64,000 nucleotides of DNA from an uncultured Candidatus Binatia bacterium (GTDB lineage Bacteria; Desulfobacterota; Binatia; Bin18), in the NCBI GenBank assembly GCA_965214605.1, contig OZ243961.1, positions 1,103,008-1,167,007 of the forward strand, written 5' to 3'. The position numbers and the translations under genes were made by a program. Under the pieces are notes generated by a model. It worked only from the letters and a program-made list of their open reading frames with translations, was not told the DNA's origin and ran no database searches. Position 1 is the first letter of the stretch; each line of letters starts with the position of its first letter. Of the stretch, positions 37,573-48,669 are shown one piece after another.

Positions 37573-38787
37573 CTACTGAGCAGGGGCGATAAACTCGTCG
37601 TGCAAGACGCGGACGGCAAGTTCACGGTATTTGGCCTCAATGACAATAGAAATTTTAATCTCTGAGGTCGAAATCATCTGAATATTAATCCCCTCACGGG
37701 CTAAGACCTGAAACATGCGAGACGCCACCCCGGCATGGCTACGCATGCCGAGTCCAACGATGGACACTTTGGCGACCTGTGTATCAAACGTCACTCCGCC
37801 GGCCTGAATCTCCTCGGCAATACGTTCAACCCGGCTCAGTGCTCTCTGTACGTCGTCTTGGGGCACGGTGAAGGTCAGATCGGTAGAGCCCTCAGCACTC
37901 GCGTTTTGGATGATCATATCGACCACAATATTGTCATCCGCGATAGGGGTAAACAGCTTGGCCGCCAAACCGGGTCGGTCGGGAACCCGCTGCAGGGTAA
38001 TTTTGACTTGGTTCAGGTCGGACGTCACGCCTGAGACGATCACGTCTTCCATACTCGGTTCCTCTTCGACCAGAAACGTTCCGGTGTCCGGCACAAAGCT
38101 CGACCGGACATGGACCGCTACGTGGTGGCGTTTGGCGAACTCAACCGATCGAATCTGCAAAACTTTTGCCCCCAGGCTGGCCAACTCAAGCATCTCGTCA
38201 TAGGAGACACGCTGCATTTTTCGGGCGTTGGGGCAGATGCGCGGATCGGCAGTATACACGCCGTCCACATCGGTGTAGATCTCACACACCTCGGCTTGGG
38301 TCACGGCCGCAATAGCTACCGCCGAGGTGTCCGATCCGCCCCGGCCCAGAGTGGTAATATTGTCGTCGGCGTCAACTCCCTGAAAGCCGGCCACCACCAC
38401 GATGGCGCCGTTGTTGAGCGCGCCGGTCAAGCGGTCGGTTGCGATACGCTGAATCCGCGCCCGGCCAAAGGTACTATCGGTAGTGATTTCGACCTGGTGG
38501 CCGAGCAGCGGTTGGGTCGGATAGCCCATGTCTTTCAGAGCCATAGACAGTAGGGCCACAGTCACTTGTTCTCCAGTTGAAACCAAGAGATCGCTGGCCT
38601 GGGCGTCGGGGCGATCGGTCACCTGCCCGGCTAGTCCTAACAGCCGGTCCGTCTCACCGCTCATGGCCGACACCACAACCGCGACCCGATGGCCAGCGTT
38701 GCGAGTTTTGGCAATCCGCTGGGCGACCGCCTTGATTCGGTCAGGCGATCCGACCGATGTTCCGCCGTATTTCTGAACAATAAGCAT
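37573..38787 (-). CDS. lysC: Aspartate kinase
   Basis: VQKYGGTSV... N-terminus, the amino-acid-kinase fold, and tandem C-terminal ACT domains. Confidence 0.9.
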   Translation of the reverse strand: MLIVQKYGGTSVGSPDRIKAVAQRIAKTRNAGHRVAVVVSAMSGETDRLLGLAGQVTDRPDAQASDLLVSTGEQVTVALLSMALKDMGYPTQPLLGHQVEITTDSTFGRARIQRIATDRLTGALNNGAIVVVAGFQGVDADDNITTLGRGGSDTSAVAIAAVTQAEVCEIYTDVDGVYTADPRICPNARKMQRVSYDEMLELASLGAKVLQIRSVEFAKRHHVAVHVRSSFVPDTGTFLVEEEPSMEDVIVSGVTSDLNQVKITLQRVPDRPGLAAKLFTPIADDNIVVDMIIQNASAEGSTDLTFTVPQDDVQRALSRVERIAEEIQAGGVTFDTQVAKVSIVGLGMRSHAGVASRMFQVLAREGINIQMISTSEIKISIVIEAKYRELAVRVLHDEFIAPAQ

Positions 38788-38798
38788 GGAATCCGTCT

Positions 38799-39293
38799 TC
38801 AGCAGAAAAAACGAGAGGGCTCACCAAGCCGGCGTATCAAGCGTCGGTAGGGCTCACCATACGCCGTCAACGTAATCATTCGGACATCGGCATGAGCGAT
38901 GCGCAAGGACACTAGCAGATACTCCTCAAGCAGGTTGACCGGGAGAAACCGAAACCATTCGACGGCGCTCACCCCCCGGCCAAACAGATACTCCTCAAAC
39001 CCGAGCTCTTCCATATCCTCGGTCTCAAGGCCTTCCAAACGGTACAAGTCGATATGGAATAGAGCAGCCTTCTCCCTATAATGCTCGGCGATGAGAGTAA
39101 AGGTGGGGCTGGCAACCGCATCACCATCAAGCCCTAGGCCGGTGGCTAAGCCCTTCACAAAGCAGGTCTTGCCAGCCCCCAGATCACCCTCAAGGCCGAC
39201 GACGGCTCCGGGCGATAATCTCCGCCCGATCTCTCGGCCGAGTGCCCGAGTCTGTTGGGGACTACCAGTTCGTACGGTCAAGCTAGAATTCAT
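38799..39293 (-). CDS. tsaE: tRNA threonylcarbamoyladenosine biosynthesis protein TsaE
   Basis: Walker [13 protein letters not shown](T)L and H(I)DLYRL motifs of the YjeE family. Confidence 0.85.
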   Translation of the reverse strand: MNSSLTVRTGSPQQTRALGREIGRRLSPGAVVGLEGDLGAGKTCFVKGLATGLGLDGDAVASPTFTLIAEHYREKAALFHIDLYRLEGLETEDMEELGFEEYLFGRGVSAVEWFRFLPVNLLEEYLLVSLRIAHADVRMITLTAYGEPYRRLIRRLGEPSRFFC

Positions 39294-39307
39294 GGCTGAA
39301 GCGCCGT

Positions 39308-40894
39308 CTAGCCAGTCGGCTGATGGGCCTGAGTTGACAAGGACTGCAGTGAGCGCGGCAGCCGGTCGATAACGTCTCGGGCCAGTATTCCGACTGGTCC
39401 GAGCTCTTGGGCTGCCAGGTCACCCGCGCTGCCGTGGACGAAAACGCCTAACTGACACGCCTCAGCAGGCCGATAGCCTTGGGCCAGCAGACCGCCGATG
39501 ATACCGGCCAGGACGTCGCCCATCCCTCCGCTGGCCATACCAGGGTTACCAGTCGGATTGATCCAGGCCCAGCCGTCGGGAGCAGCGATCACCGTCCGAG
39601 CGCCTTTGAGGACAACATAACATCCGGAGTGGCTAGCGAAGCTGCGAGCGACGTCAAGGCGATCGACCTGGACCTCGGCCGTGCTGGTGCCGGTCAGCCG
39701 CGCCATCTCACCCGGATGTGGGGTCAGCACGACCGGCTGCGACGCCTCGCCCAGCATGTCGGGCTGGGCTGCTACACAGTTCAGGCCGTCGGCGTCGATT
39801 AGGAGCGGCATCTCGGTATTCTTGAGCAACCAGCGGGTCAGCTTCAGCGTGTCGGCAGAGACGCCAATACCGGGTCCAAACGCGATGGCGGTCCGGTCCT
39901 GGAGCGCCGCCGTATAGGGCGCTCTTGACGCCATCCGCAGACTGCCGTCGGCGCGTTCGGGAAGGCCGAGCGTCATGGCTTCGAGCAGGACCGAAGAAAA
40001 GACCGGAATAAGAGACTCCGGTCCAGCCAGCGTCACCAAACCGGTTCCGATCCGCAGGCTAGCAGAGGCGGCCAACAGCGCGGCGCCGCTCTTGCCGCGG
40101 GCACCAGCCAAGACCACCAGGTGTCCGAAGCGGCCCTTGTGTGATTCGGGCTGACGCGGCTGGACAAAGAGGCCCACTGTTTCAGGACTCAGCAAACCCA
40201 ACGTCGGCTCGACCGCGGCCAACGCCTCAGGCGCAACCCCGATATCGACGACGACCAGACGACCGACATACTTCAGCCCAGGATACAGGCTGAGGCCGAG
40301 CTTAGGATAGCCGAACGTGACGGTCAGCTGAGCTCGAACTGCGGCCTCCAGAGGCTGTCCGTTGTCGGCGTCTAAGCCGGACGGAATATCAACTGCGACC
40401 ACCGGCCGGCCACTGGCATTGACCAGCTTGATCAGTTCGGCAGCCATCCCCCGGACCGGCGCGTTGAGCCCGGTTCCCAGCAGGGCATCGACAACGACAC
40501 AACAGCTACTGAGTTTGTCCTGAACCAGCGTCAGCTGCTCCAGCTGCGTTACTTCGGTAATCCGCCCGCGGCCGCGGGCAAAGGCCAGCATATTGTGGCG
40601 CGCATCGCCTCTCACCGCCGCCCGTTTTGCGGCCAAGACGACCTCACAGGCGAGGCCGTGTTTTTTGAGTAAGCGGGCCATCACAAAGCCGTCGCCACCG
40701 TTGTTGCCCTTGCCGGCCAGCACCAAAACGGTAGCGTTCTTCTTATCGCTCAGGAGCTGCGGAAACGCTGCAAGCAGGTGGGCCGTTGCCCCGGCTCCAG
40801 CCCGTTCCATGAGTACCCGCCCCGGCGTTCCGTAGCGTTCAATGGTGAGCCGATCAATCTCACGCATCTGTTGGCCAGTCACCAGATACATCAC
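39308..40894 (-). CDS. nnr: Bifunctional NAD(P)H-hydrate epimerase/dehydratase
   Basis: YjeF_N (VLAGKGNNGGDG) followed by the carbohydrate-kinase-like YjeF_C domain. Confidence 0.85.
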   Translation of the reverse strand: MMYLVTGQQMREIDRLTIERYGTPGRVLMERAGAGATAHLLAAFPQLLSDKKNATVLVLAGKGNNGGDGFVMARLLKKHGLACEVVLAAKRAAVRGDARHNMLAFARGRGRITEVTQLEQLTLVQDKLSSCCVVVDALLGTGLNAPVRGMAAELIKLVNASGRPVVAVDIPSGLDADNGQPLEAAVRAQLTVTFGYPKLGLSLYPGLKYVGRLVVVDIGVAPEALAAVEPTLGLLSPETVGLFVQPRQPESHKGRFGHLVVLAGARGKSGAALLAASASLRIGTGLVTLAGPESLIPVFSSVLLEAMTLGLPERADGSLRMASRAPYTAALQDRTAIAFGPGIGVSADTLKLTRWLLKNTEMPLLIDADGLNCVAAQPDMLGEASQPVVLTPHPGEMARLTGTSTAEVQVDRLDVARSFASHSGCYVVLKGARTVIAAPDGWAWINPTGNPGMASGGMGDVLAGIIGGLLAQGYRPAEACQLGVFVHGSAGDLAAQELGPVGILARDVIDRLPRSLQSLSTQAHQPTG

Positions 40895-40902
40895 GGTATC
40901 CT

Positions 40903-42300
40903 CTACTCCGGTACGCCCAGGTGTGTACGCACCGCGTCGGCCACCTCCTCACCGTAGCCGTGCACCCGGCTCTCGTCGGTTCCTTCGACCATGACCCTCA
41001 CCAAAGGTTCGGTACCGGAGTAGCGCACCAGTAGACGGCCGGAATTGCCCAGCGCTTTGGTCACCCGTTGCATGGTCAGGGCAATAGGTTCGACGCTGGT
41101 TAGATCACACCGCTCACGGACCCTGATGTTAATCAGGTGTTGCGGATAGCGCGCCATGATGTGCTTGAGTTCGGACAGTGGCCGTTGGCGCTGGAGCATG
41201 ATGGCTAAAAGCGACAGAAAGGTGATCAGACCGTCCCCAGTCGTGTTGGTGTCTAAGAAGACAACATGCCCAGACTGTTCTCCGCCCAGCACATATCCAC
41301 CCCGCCGCATCGCTTCGACCACATAGCGGTCACCGACCGGAGTCCGAACCAACCGCCCGCCCATACGGCGCAGCGCCACCTCAAGGCCGAGATTGCTCAT
41401 CACGGTTGCCACCAAGGTCTTATGTGGAAGTTTGCCGGTGCGCAACTTTTCCTCAGCAGCAATGGCCAAAATGGCGTCACCATCGACAATCTCGGCGGTC
41501 TCGTCAACCAGGATGGCCCGATCTGCGTCGCCATCAAGAGCCAGCCCGATGTCCGCCCCGGTCTCTCGGACCAGCCGTTGGACGTGGTAGGGGTGGAGCG
41601 CTCCACAGTCGGCGTTAATATTCTCCCCGTCTGGCTCAACCCCAATCGCGGTCACCTGTGCGCCCAGTTCGGCCAAGACTTCGGGGGCTACTCTATAGCC
41701 AGCGCCGTTGGCACAGTCGATAACGATTTTGACCCCTTCCAGGGTCAGCTCGCGCGGAAAAGTAGTCTTGGCAAAGACGTTATAGCGTCCCAGGGCATCA
41801 TCGATCCGGGCGGCCTTGCCGATGGCGGTCGCGGTAGGCCGCAAATGGTCAATCTTCCCATCCATAACCAGCGCTTCGATGTTATCTTCGACGCCGTCAG
41901 GCAACTTGAACCCATCCCGCGAAAAAATCTTGACTCCATTATCCTGGAACGGATTATGCGAGGCGGAGATCATGACCCCGGCATTCGCCCGCTGGCTGCG
42001 GGTCAGAAAGGCAACTCCAGGAGTTGGTAGGGGCCCGACCAAGAGCACGTCCGCACCCATCGAACAGATGCCGGACGCCAGAGCGGTCTCAAGCATATAC
42101 CCCGACAAACGGGTATCCTTGCCAATCAGAATTTTATGCCGACCTGGGACATCACGAAAGACATAGGCCAGCGCTCGTCCGAGCCGTAGCGCCGTTTCTG
42201 CCGTTATCGGCTCGATATTGGCAACCCCCCGGATCCCGTCAGTACCAAACAAGCGTCCCCCCGTGTGCCCATCGCCCTGTCCATTTCCACTGTCCGTCAT
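40903..42300 (-). CDS. glmM: Phosphoglucosamine mutase
   Basis: FGTDGIRG N-terminus and the active-site SASHNP motif. The start is set at the internal ATG, because the listed ORF has a 34-codon upstream extension. Confidence 0.9.
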   Translation of the reverse strand: MTDSGNGQGDGHTGGRLFGTDGIRGVANIEPITAETALRLGRALAYVFRDVPGRHKILIGKDTRLSGYMLETALASGICSMGADVLLVGPLPTPGVAFLTRSQRANAGVMISASHNPFQDNGVKIFSRDGFKLPDGVEDNIEALVMDGKIDHLRPTATAIGKAARIDDALGRYNVFAKTTFPRELTLEGVKIVIDCANGAGYRVAPEVLAELGAQVTAIGVEPDGENINADCGALHPYHVQRLVRETGADIGLALDGDADRAILVDETAEIVDGDAILAIAAEEKLRTGKLPHKTLVATVMSNLGLEVALRRMGGRLVRTPVGDRYVVEAMRRGGYVLGGEQSGHVVFLDTNTTGDGLITFLSLLAIMLQRQRPLSELKHIMARYPQHLINIRVRERCDLTSVEPIALTMQRVTKALGNSGRLLVRYSGTEPLVRVMVEGTDESRVHGYGEEVADAVRTHLGVPE

Positions 42301-42337
42301 AAACCTGTCCCTCTCACTTGTACAGGTGGCAGCGCTG

Positions 42338-43336
42338 TTATTGCCCACCCACCCCGGTGGGTTCCTCTTCGGCGTCTTGATTGTCTTCACCCGGCCGAGC
42401 AACCTGCCCGTTCGTCAGAGTTAAAGACACCTCCATCGGCTCCTGGGAGACAATCTCAACCCCCGGCGGCACCAGAACCGTTATGGTGGCCGGGGCGGTG
42501 CCCGACTTGTGTCCGGCCGCATCAATAAATACCTCTTCCTCACTCAACTGTAACTGTTCCAGCACCCGTTGCGGGCCGTGCACGACAACATCAACCGTGG
42601 TCGGAGAAAGCGCGGCGACTAGGTCCGTATTGCGCACGGTCAACGTGATCTGTGGAAAGGCGCGCGAGATCATCACATCCTGAATCTCAACTCGAACGCG
42701 AACTTGTGGCAGGTTGTAGGCCAGCAGGTCATCCTGCGGCCGTATTAAATCGAGATCAAGCGTCGTCGATTGAGTCAAGCGACTCAGCTGCAGGGGCTCG
42801 GTCAGCACCGACCGGAGACGAGCCACAGCAGGAGCCGGACCGGTGACTTCGACCGTATCAGGCACCAGCTCCATCTCGCCGGCTTGATAGCCCGAGGGTG
42901 GCTCGCCTTGGACGTCGAGATGGATCGGCAAGGTGCGCGTCTCAATCCGGGTAATGTCAAGGTTGATTTGAGACGGACTGATCCGCACCAGCTGTACCCC
43001 ACGCGGCAGACTGAGCCGTTCAGCTCCAATCCGGAAAGACGACTGCCCAGGACGCATTCCGGTCAGGTCCAACACGATCTTTGGTTGGTTGAGTAAGCCT
43101 AAGAGGGTGCGCGGTCCGAGGACTTGGACATCGACCGAAGCAACCTGGACTCCGGTCACGACCAAGTGGGGCGGCAGGTTTCGCCATTCGAGCGGAACGG
43201 TCAGCGACTTTTCAGTATCCCGCTCTCCAGCATTCACCATCAGCCACAGCCCGGCTGCAAAGACCAGAGAAAACACTTTCACAAAAATGTTCCGAAAGAT
43301 GATCCGCCACAGGAGGTGCAATCCGTCCTTAAGCAT
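42338..43336 (-). CDS. cdaR: CdaR (YbbR-like domain) regulator of diadenylate cyclase
   Basis: N-terminal transmembrane anchor followed by repeated YbbR-like beta domains. It sits between cdaA and glmM as in the conserved cdaA-cdaR-glmM operon. The start is approximate and overlaps the cdaA 3' end. Confidence 0.7.
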   Translation of the reverse strand: MLKDGLHLLWRIIFRNIFVKVFSLVFAAGLWLMVNAGERDTEKSLTVPLEWRNLPPHLVVTGVQVASVDVQVLGPRTLLGLLNQPKIVLDLTGMRPGQSSFRIGAERLSLPRGVQLVRISPSQINLDITRIETRTLPIHLDVQGEPPSGYQAGEMELVPDTVEVTGPAPAVARLRSVLTEPLQLSRLTQSTTLDLDLIRPQDDLLAYNLPQVRVRVEIQDVMISRAFPQITLTVRNTDLVAALSPTTVDVVVHGPQRVLEQLQLSEEEVFIDAAGHKSGTAPATITVLVPPGVEIVSQEPMEVSLTLTNGQVARPGEDNQDAEEEPTGVGGQ

Positions 43337-44084
43337 GGACAAAAAACTGTTGGAGCGAGACGCGGAGCGTGGCGACATCTAAGTCATGCTCAATCCGCCC
43401 TTCCCGTACCAAGGACACAGTCCCTTCTTCTTCCGATACTATCACAACAAGCGCGTCGGTTTCCTCGGTCAGTCCGATTGCCGCCCGATGACGAGCGCCC
43501 AGATTTTTATTCACGTTAGGATTAACGGTCAGCGGCAAGAAACACCCCGCTGCGGTAATGCGCCCAGCCTGAATGACAACTGCTCCGTCATGAATCGGCG
43601 AGGCAGTCAGAAAAATACTCCCCAGTAATTCTTTACTCACCCGGGCATCAAGCGGGGTGCCACCCCCGATGTACTCGTTGAGCCCGACGGTTCGTTCCAG
43701 AACGATCAGCGCCCCAATCCGTTTTGAGGCCAACGAAACCGCAGCTCGGCTCACCTCCTCAGCAACCGAGGTATACGTACTCCGGGTGCGTACCCCGAGC
43801 AAGGACCCACGTCCCATCTCGGTCAAGGCCCGACGGATGTCGTTTTGAAACAGCACGACAATAACGAGCAGGATAGAGCCAAGGAAATTATCCAGCATCC
43901 AGTTCAGGGTGTAGAGCTCCAAAACCTGAGAGCCGAGATAGGTCAGAAACAGAAGGACCAAGCCGACCAACATTTGCACCGCTCGAGTCCCCCGGATCAG
44001 ATGGATGATCCAGTACACCCCACAGGCAATGAGGACGACATCAAGGAGGTCTTGCCAGCGCAGCTGAATAAAGAGATCGGACAT
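43329..44084 (-). CDS. cdaA: Diadenylate cyclase CdaA (DisA_N/DAC domain)
   Basis: Three N-terminal transmembrane helices. DAC-domain motifs DGAVVI, RHRAA(IG)LTE. Confidence 0.85.
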   Translation of the reverse strand: MSDLFIQLRWQDLLDVVLIACGVYWIIHLIRGTRAVQMLVGLVLLFLTYLGSQVLELYTLNWMLDNFLGSILLVIVVLFQNDIRRALTEMGRGSLLGVRTRSTYTSVAEEVSRAAVSLASKRIGALIVLERTVGLNEYIGGGTPLDARVSKELLGSIFLTASPIHDGAVVIQAGRITAAGCFLPLTVNPNVNKNLGARHRAAIGLTEETDALVVIVSEEEGTVSLVREGRIEHDLDVATLRVSLQQFFVHA

Positions 44085-44235
44085 GGGGCTCAGGCTGCTG
44101 CCCCCACACGAACCACCCTCCGCTCAGACACAGACGGCGTCTGTAGGCTGGTCCAGGGGCGTCCGCTGAGGACAACGGTCGAGCCCCGGTTGCCAAGACG
44201 GGCGGCGTGCGGCATGGGTAGCCTCAACTTTTGGA

Positions 44236-46077
44236 CTAGGCCTCGGCTGGTGCCGGTGAATCGCTCGCCGCGTTTGGATCTTTGCCAAAGAGTTTAATCA
44301 TCTCGGCAATCTCGGCCCCATCCAGGACTTCTTTCTCCAGGAGATGCTCAGCCATCTTGTGCAAGACCTCGATATTGGTCTGCAACAGCACCTTGGCTCG
44401 CTCGTAGGCGTTCATGATGATCCGACGAACCTCGCTATCAATCTCAATCGCCGTCTGCTCAGAGTATTCTTTCATTTGGGTGAAATCACGGCCCAGAAAA
44501 ATCTGTTCATCTTTCTTACCAAACGTCATTGGGCCGAGCTTTTCGCTCATACCCCACTCACACACCATACGACGGGCCAGTTCGGTCGCTTTCTCGATAT
44601 CGTCGCCCGCGCCGGTCGTGGTATGGCCGAGCACGATCTCTTCCGCCACCCGACCGCCAAACATAATCGCCAAACGCTTGAGCACGTACTCTTTGGAGAA
44701 GGTATGACGGTCGTCGACCGGGACCTGCTGGGTCACGCCGAGTGCCATCCCACGCGGGATAATCGAGACTTTGTGGACCGGATCAGTGCCCGGAGTGAGT
44801 CCAGCGACAAGCGCGTGGCCTGCCTCGTGATAGGCAGTGTTACGTTTCTCTTCAGACGTCAGAATCAGACTGCGCCGCTCGGCTCCCATTAAAACCTTAT
44901 CTTTGGACAGCTCAAAGTCTTCCATACTGACTTTTTCTTTGTTTTGGCGGGCGGCCAGCAGGGCGGCCTCGTTCACGAGGTTCTCGAGGTCGGCCCCGGA
45001 GAACCCCGGCGTTGTGCGGGCCAGGGTTTCGACATCAACGCTCTCGTCGATTGGCACATGGCGACTGTGAACACGCAGAATCTCTTCGCGGCCGCGGACA
45101 TCCGGACGGGGCACCACCACCCGCCGATCAAATCGCCCCGGCCGCAGCAGGGCGGGATCGAGAACATCAGGCCGGTTGGTGGCTGCAATAAGAATGACCC
45201 CCTCATTGGCCTCGAAACCGTCCATTTCGACCAAGAGCTGGTTAAGCGTCTGTTCGCGCTCGTCGTGGCCGCCCCCCAGCCCCGCCCCACGGTGGCGTCC
45301 AACCGCATCAATTTCGTCGATGAAGATCAGACATGGAGCCTGTTTTTTGCCCTGGATAAACAGATCGCGGACGCGGGATGCCCCGACCCCGACAAACATC
45401 TCGACAAAGTCTGAGCCGCTTATTGAGAAGAACGGCACCCCGGCCTCGCCGGCAATGGCACGGGCTAGCAGCGTTTTCCCGGTTCCCGGTGCGCCCACCA
45501 GCAATACGCCCTTGGGAATACGACCGCCTAGGCGGGTAAACTTTTTGGGATCTTTCAGAAAGGCAATGATCTCTTCGAGCTCTTGTTTGGCCTCCTCAAT
45601 ACCCGCAACGTCGCTAAAAGTGACTTTTTGCTGATTTTCGGTCAACACCTTGGCCCGGCTCTTACCAAACGACATAGCCTTGCCCCCACCCATCTGCATC
45701 TGGCGCATAAAGAACACCCAGACACCGATGAGGAGCAACATCGGGAACCATTGGACTAAGACCGCCACATACCACGGATCGCCCTGTTCGGGCTTGGCGG
45801 CAACCCGCACGCCCTGCTCGCGCAGGGTCCGCAGCAATTCAGGATCATCGGGCGAGGGCGCAAAGGTTTTAAAGCGGCTGTCGTCACTAAAGCGGCCATA
45901 AATCGTCTGCCCCTGTATGGTGACTTCGGAGACCTCACCGCGTTTGAGGGCGGAGAAGAAATCGCTAAACACCACCTCAGGTCTTTGAGGCTGCTGGCGG
46001 CTGAATAAATTAAACAGCAGGAGAATCATGAGTCCCAACACCAGCCATAAAGCGAGATTGTGTGAAACTTTGTTCAC
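44236..46077 (-). CDS. ftsH: ATP-dependent zinc metalloprotease FtsH
   Basis: AAA+ Walker A GAPGTGKT, second region of homology, and zinc site HEAGHA. The GTG start at 46077 ([15 protein letters not shown]...) matches the canonical FtsH N-terminus, so the long upstream extension of the listed ORF is unlikely. Confidence 0.9.
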   Translation of the reverse strand: MNKVSHNLALWLVLGLMILLLFNLFSRQQPQRPEVVFSDFFSALKRGEVSEVTIQGQTIYGRFSDDSRFKTFAPSPDDPELLRTLREQGVRVAAKPEQGDPWYVAVLVQWFPMLLLIGVWVFFMRQMQMGGGKAMSFGKSRAKVLTENQQKVTFSDVAGIEEAKQELEEIIAFLKDPKKFTRLGGRIPKGVLLVGAPGTGKTLLARAIAGEAGVPFFSISGSDFVEMFVGVGASRVRDLFIQGKKQAPCLIFIDEIDAVGRHRGAGLGGGHDEREQTLNQLLVEMDGFEANEGVILIAATNRPDVLDPALLRPGRFDRRVVVPRPDVRGREEILRVHSRHVPIDESVDVETLARTTPGFSGADLENLVNEAALLAARQNKEKVSMEDFELSKDKVLMGAERRSLILTSEEKRNTAYHEAGHALVAGLTPGTDPVHKVSIIPRGMALGVTQQVPVDDRHTFSKEYVLKRLAIMFGGRVAEEIVLGHTTTGAGDDIEKATELARRMVCEWGMSEKLGPMTFGKKDEQIFLGRDFTQMKEYSEQTAIEIDSEVRRIIMNAYERAKVLLQTNIEVLHKMAEHLLEKEVLDGAEIAEMIKLFGKDPNAASDSPAPAEA

Positions 46078-46108
46078 TCCTTGCCCCTTTCCATCATACA
46101 CGGCCAAC

Positions 46109-47656
46109 CTAACACAGTTCTGCTTTCTCCGGCAATGGGCTGACCACACACTGACACACCGAACGCGTTGTCGGCGTGACCAGGGCGGTTTTCCCCCGGA
46201 CATAACCGGGCACCCATGCCACTTCAGAATCATCATCTCCCAAAACGACCAAGGGAAAAATCAGACGCAGACGGCGCGGCAGCTTAGCATCACTAAATAC
46301 ATTGTAAACTTTCTTTCGGCCAGCCATGCCTAGAGGAAAAATACGATCTCCGGGCCGCACACTGCGCACCCGAAGGCCTGACGACACCAGCGCGGCGTCA
46401 AAGAACGTCCGCCACGGATCGGCCGTTCGCGCCTGGGCGGGTGTAGCCTGCCACGCGATCGGCTCGCTCAGCCAACACTGCCAGCCGCTGCCGGGTATGT
46501 GGGGGATAGCGGGCAGTCCCAGCCTTTGCCCGCATGAGAGGAGGTAGGTGTAGGATTCAGAGGTAAAACGCTTTGGTTCAGCAATAAGACAGTCCTGTTC
46601 AACCCGGACCTGGAGACTGCCGGGCAGTTCAACAGTGCCCCGAACCCGCCCTTCGGCCAAGGCCCGAACCTGTTCAAGGTGAATAAAGCCAAGGTGGTGG
46701 CCAATGAGTTCGAGCCACTGGCGTAAAATCCGGACGCGCAGGGCGACAGGCTCAGTCGCCCAGGCGCGGACGCGCAGGCCGGGCATGCCGTCCCGCTTAT
46801 ACTGAACGCGCAGTCGGGCCGCCGTTGTCGCGGTTTCGAGCCAAGCCTCTTCTTCGCGTAAGGTATCGGCCAGATGGGCCAAATGACGAGAGATGCGAGG
46901 CGAGAACTCGGTCGCCAGCAGGGGCAACAGGCGGTGTCGAATGCGGTTGCGAGCATAACCGAGATCGGCGTTACTGGGATCGGTCACATAAGACAACCGG
47001 CGGTCGGTCAGATACTCCAAGACTTCCTGCCGGCTGCAGTCCAGCAGCGGACGAATGAGCCGCTTGTCTCCCTGCGTTCCGATCGTGCGACTTGGCGGAA
47101 TACCGCTTAGGCCGCGCCGGGCACTGCCCCGCAGGAGCCGAAACAGCACGGTTTCGGCCTGATCGTCCCGGGTGTGGGCCAGAGCTAGATAGTCCAGCCC
47201 TTCTTGCTCCATCACCGCTTCAAAAAATTGATAGCGCGCGTTGCGCGCCCAGGCTTCAACGCCGTGAGGGGGGGGGGAGAAGTCCAGTTTCTTTATAAAG
47301 CAGGGCAGCTGCCACAGCCGACACAGCCGTTCAACATATCGCTGTTCGTGGTCGGCTTCCGGCCGCAGCCCATGGTTGACGTGGAGTACGCTGAGGTGTG
47401 AGGGGACACTGCTCGGCTGGGCTAGCAGGGCGCTCAACAAGGCGACAGAGTCTGGTCCACCCGAAACCCCGACTCCGAGACGAACGACCTGGTTGCCCGG
47501 CCCAGCCTGTCCTGGGGAAGAAAAAAACCGCCTCAGAGCAGTCTCGACTTTACGTTCGAGCGGCAAAACCCCTCCCTTTTTTCCCCCTGAACGGGGGCTT
47601 TGACCTTCCATACGTCTACCGTACGGCCCCTTGTGACGTTGCGGGAACCTTGGCAT
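46109..47656 (-). CDS. tilS: tRNA(Ile)-lysidine synthetase
   Basis: PP-loop [11 protein letters not shown] and a TilS C-terminal substrate-binding domain. The exact start is uncertain. It contains a 10-bp C run (coding strand) that encodes PPP. Confidence 0.8.
   Translation of the reverse strand: MPRFPQRHKGPYGRRMEGQSPRSGGKKGGVLPLERKVETALRRFFSSPGQAGPGNQVVRLGVGVSGGPDSVALLSALLAQPSSVPSHLSVLHVNHGLRPEADHEQRYVERLCRLWQLPCFIKKLDFSPPPHGVEAWARNARYQFFEAVMEQEGLDYLALAHTRDDQAETVLFRLLRGSARRGLSGIPPSRTIGTQGDKRLIRPLLDCSRQEVLEYLTDRRLSYVTDPSNADLGYARNRIRHRLLPLLATEFSPRISRHLAHLADTLREEEAWLETATTAARLRVQYKRDGMPGLRVRAWATEPVALRVRILRQWLELIGHHLGFIHLEQVRALAEGRVRGTVELPGSLQVRVEQDCLIAEPKRFTSESYTYLLSCGQRLGLPAIPHIPGSGWQCWLSEPIAWQATPAQARTADPWRTFFDAALVSSGLRVRSVRPGDRIFPLGMAGRKKVYNVFSDAKLPRRLRLIFPLVVLGDDDSEVAWVPGYVRGKTALVTPTTRSVCQCVVSPLPEKAELC
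47268..47277. repeat. 10-bp poly-G homopolymer (poly-C on the tilS coding strand)
   Basis: Read directly from the sequence. It encodes the PPP in ...FSPPPHG of TilS. Confidence 0.9.
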
Positions 47657-47667
47657 GGTGTCGGGTT

Positions 47668-48321
47668 GTGCAAAGATACGCCCTACCCCACGTGTTCGCT
47701 CTTCTTCTTGTTTGGAGCCTGTGTGTCCCAGGCGTGGCTTTTTCTGCCGACCCAGCCCCCTGGAGTAAATCGCTCCCGCCAGGCTTAGCAGAATTGCTGC
47801 AGGAATTACATCAAAAATATGGTCCCGATACGATCGCCCTCCTAGGCCGGTTGCTCGACACCTCTCGACGCAGCGGTGGTCTGCTCACCGCGTCTGTGGA
47901 AGTGAGCGGTATTGAGACCCAGCAAGAACAGACGTTCCTAACTTTTCAGGTGAAAACCGGCCTGATCTATAACTCTCTTGTGCTGAGTCAAACCGAGCGA
48001 CTCATTGACCTGTGGACCAAGATTGTAGCGCAATCATTCATGGCTTTTCGAACCTTAGAGTTTCCTGCCGATGGAATCTTGCTGGCCCTCCATTACCACT
48101 CCAGGCCCTACGGCAGCCTTGAGGATCTGAACCAGGATCTCGACGACCCTAGTCAGGCTGGTGAAGCGGGCGAAGCGAGATTCTATTTCTCGGAACAATC
48201 CTTACAAGCCTTTCTGAGTGAGGAACTCTCGGCGCAAGAGCTGCTGACCCGAACAACCATCCTGGCCAACGGCAGGCCGGTTGCGCTTCAGCTCCCACCA
48301 CCGTCCAACAGCGAGACCTAG
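47668..48321 (+). CDS. Hypothetical secreted protein
   Basis: GTG start gives the signal peptide MQRYALPHVFALLLVWSLCVPGVAFSA. The upstream part of the listed ORF overlaps tilS on the other strand. No recognisable domain. Confidence 0.4.
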   Translation: MQRYALPHVFALLLVWSLCVPGVAFSADPAPWSKSLPPGLAELLQELHQKYGPDTIALLGRLLDTSRRSGGLLTASVEVSGIETQQEQTFLTFQVKTGLIYNSLVLSQTERLIDLWTKIVAQSFMAFRTLEFPADGILLALHYHSRPYGSLEDLNQDLDDPSQAGEAGEARFYFSEQSLQAFLSEELSAQELLTRTTILANGRPVALQLPPPSNSET

Positions 48322-48511
48322 CCAAGATTTGGCTGAGGCTTGGTGGTTTACTCTTTATTGCCGCTTACCAGCACGGCTACAGTTGCTATGGCCGCAGAAA
48401 GCACGGCCGCCCCGGCAACAATTTGCATAAAAATAGCAAGGGGGTCCATAGCTGTTCTCCTTGAGAAGGGTTCTGAAATTCGAAATGTTGTATCTACACA
48501 AAAGTGAGGCA

Positions 48512-48585
48512 TAGCGACGGGCAGAATCGAACTGCCGACCTAGGGATTATGAGACCCTCGCTCTAGCCTACTGAGCTACGTCGCC
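48512..48585 (-). tRNA. tRNA with anticodon CAT (elongator tRNA-Met or tRNA-Ile2 lysidine substrate). CCA is not encoded.
   Basis: Cloverleaf readable on the minus strand. Acceptor GGCGACG/CGTCGCT with a G1-U72 wobble. D-arm GCTC-AGTAGGCTA-GAGC. Anticodon loop CTCATAA with U33 and A37. T-arm GGCAG-TTCGATT-CTGCC. Discriminator A. A U-U mismatch closes the anticodon stem. Confidence 0.7.
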
Positions 48586-48669
48586 ACAACGTCCTTAGCA
48601 GGATAACAGCTAGGCATACTAGCCGACAATGGCCCAGCTCGGCAAGCCCGCTGGCCTGCTAGGTGATCA

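Noticed and set aside
47600-47660. CCCCCTGAACGGGGG hairpin near the tilS 5' end, considered as a terminator
   Set aside because: It is not followed by a T-tract on either strand. It overlaps the probable tilS start region, so it was not called.
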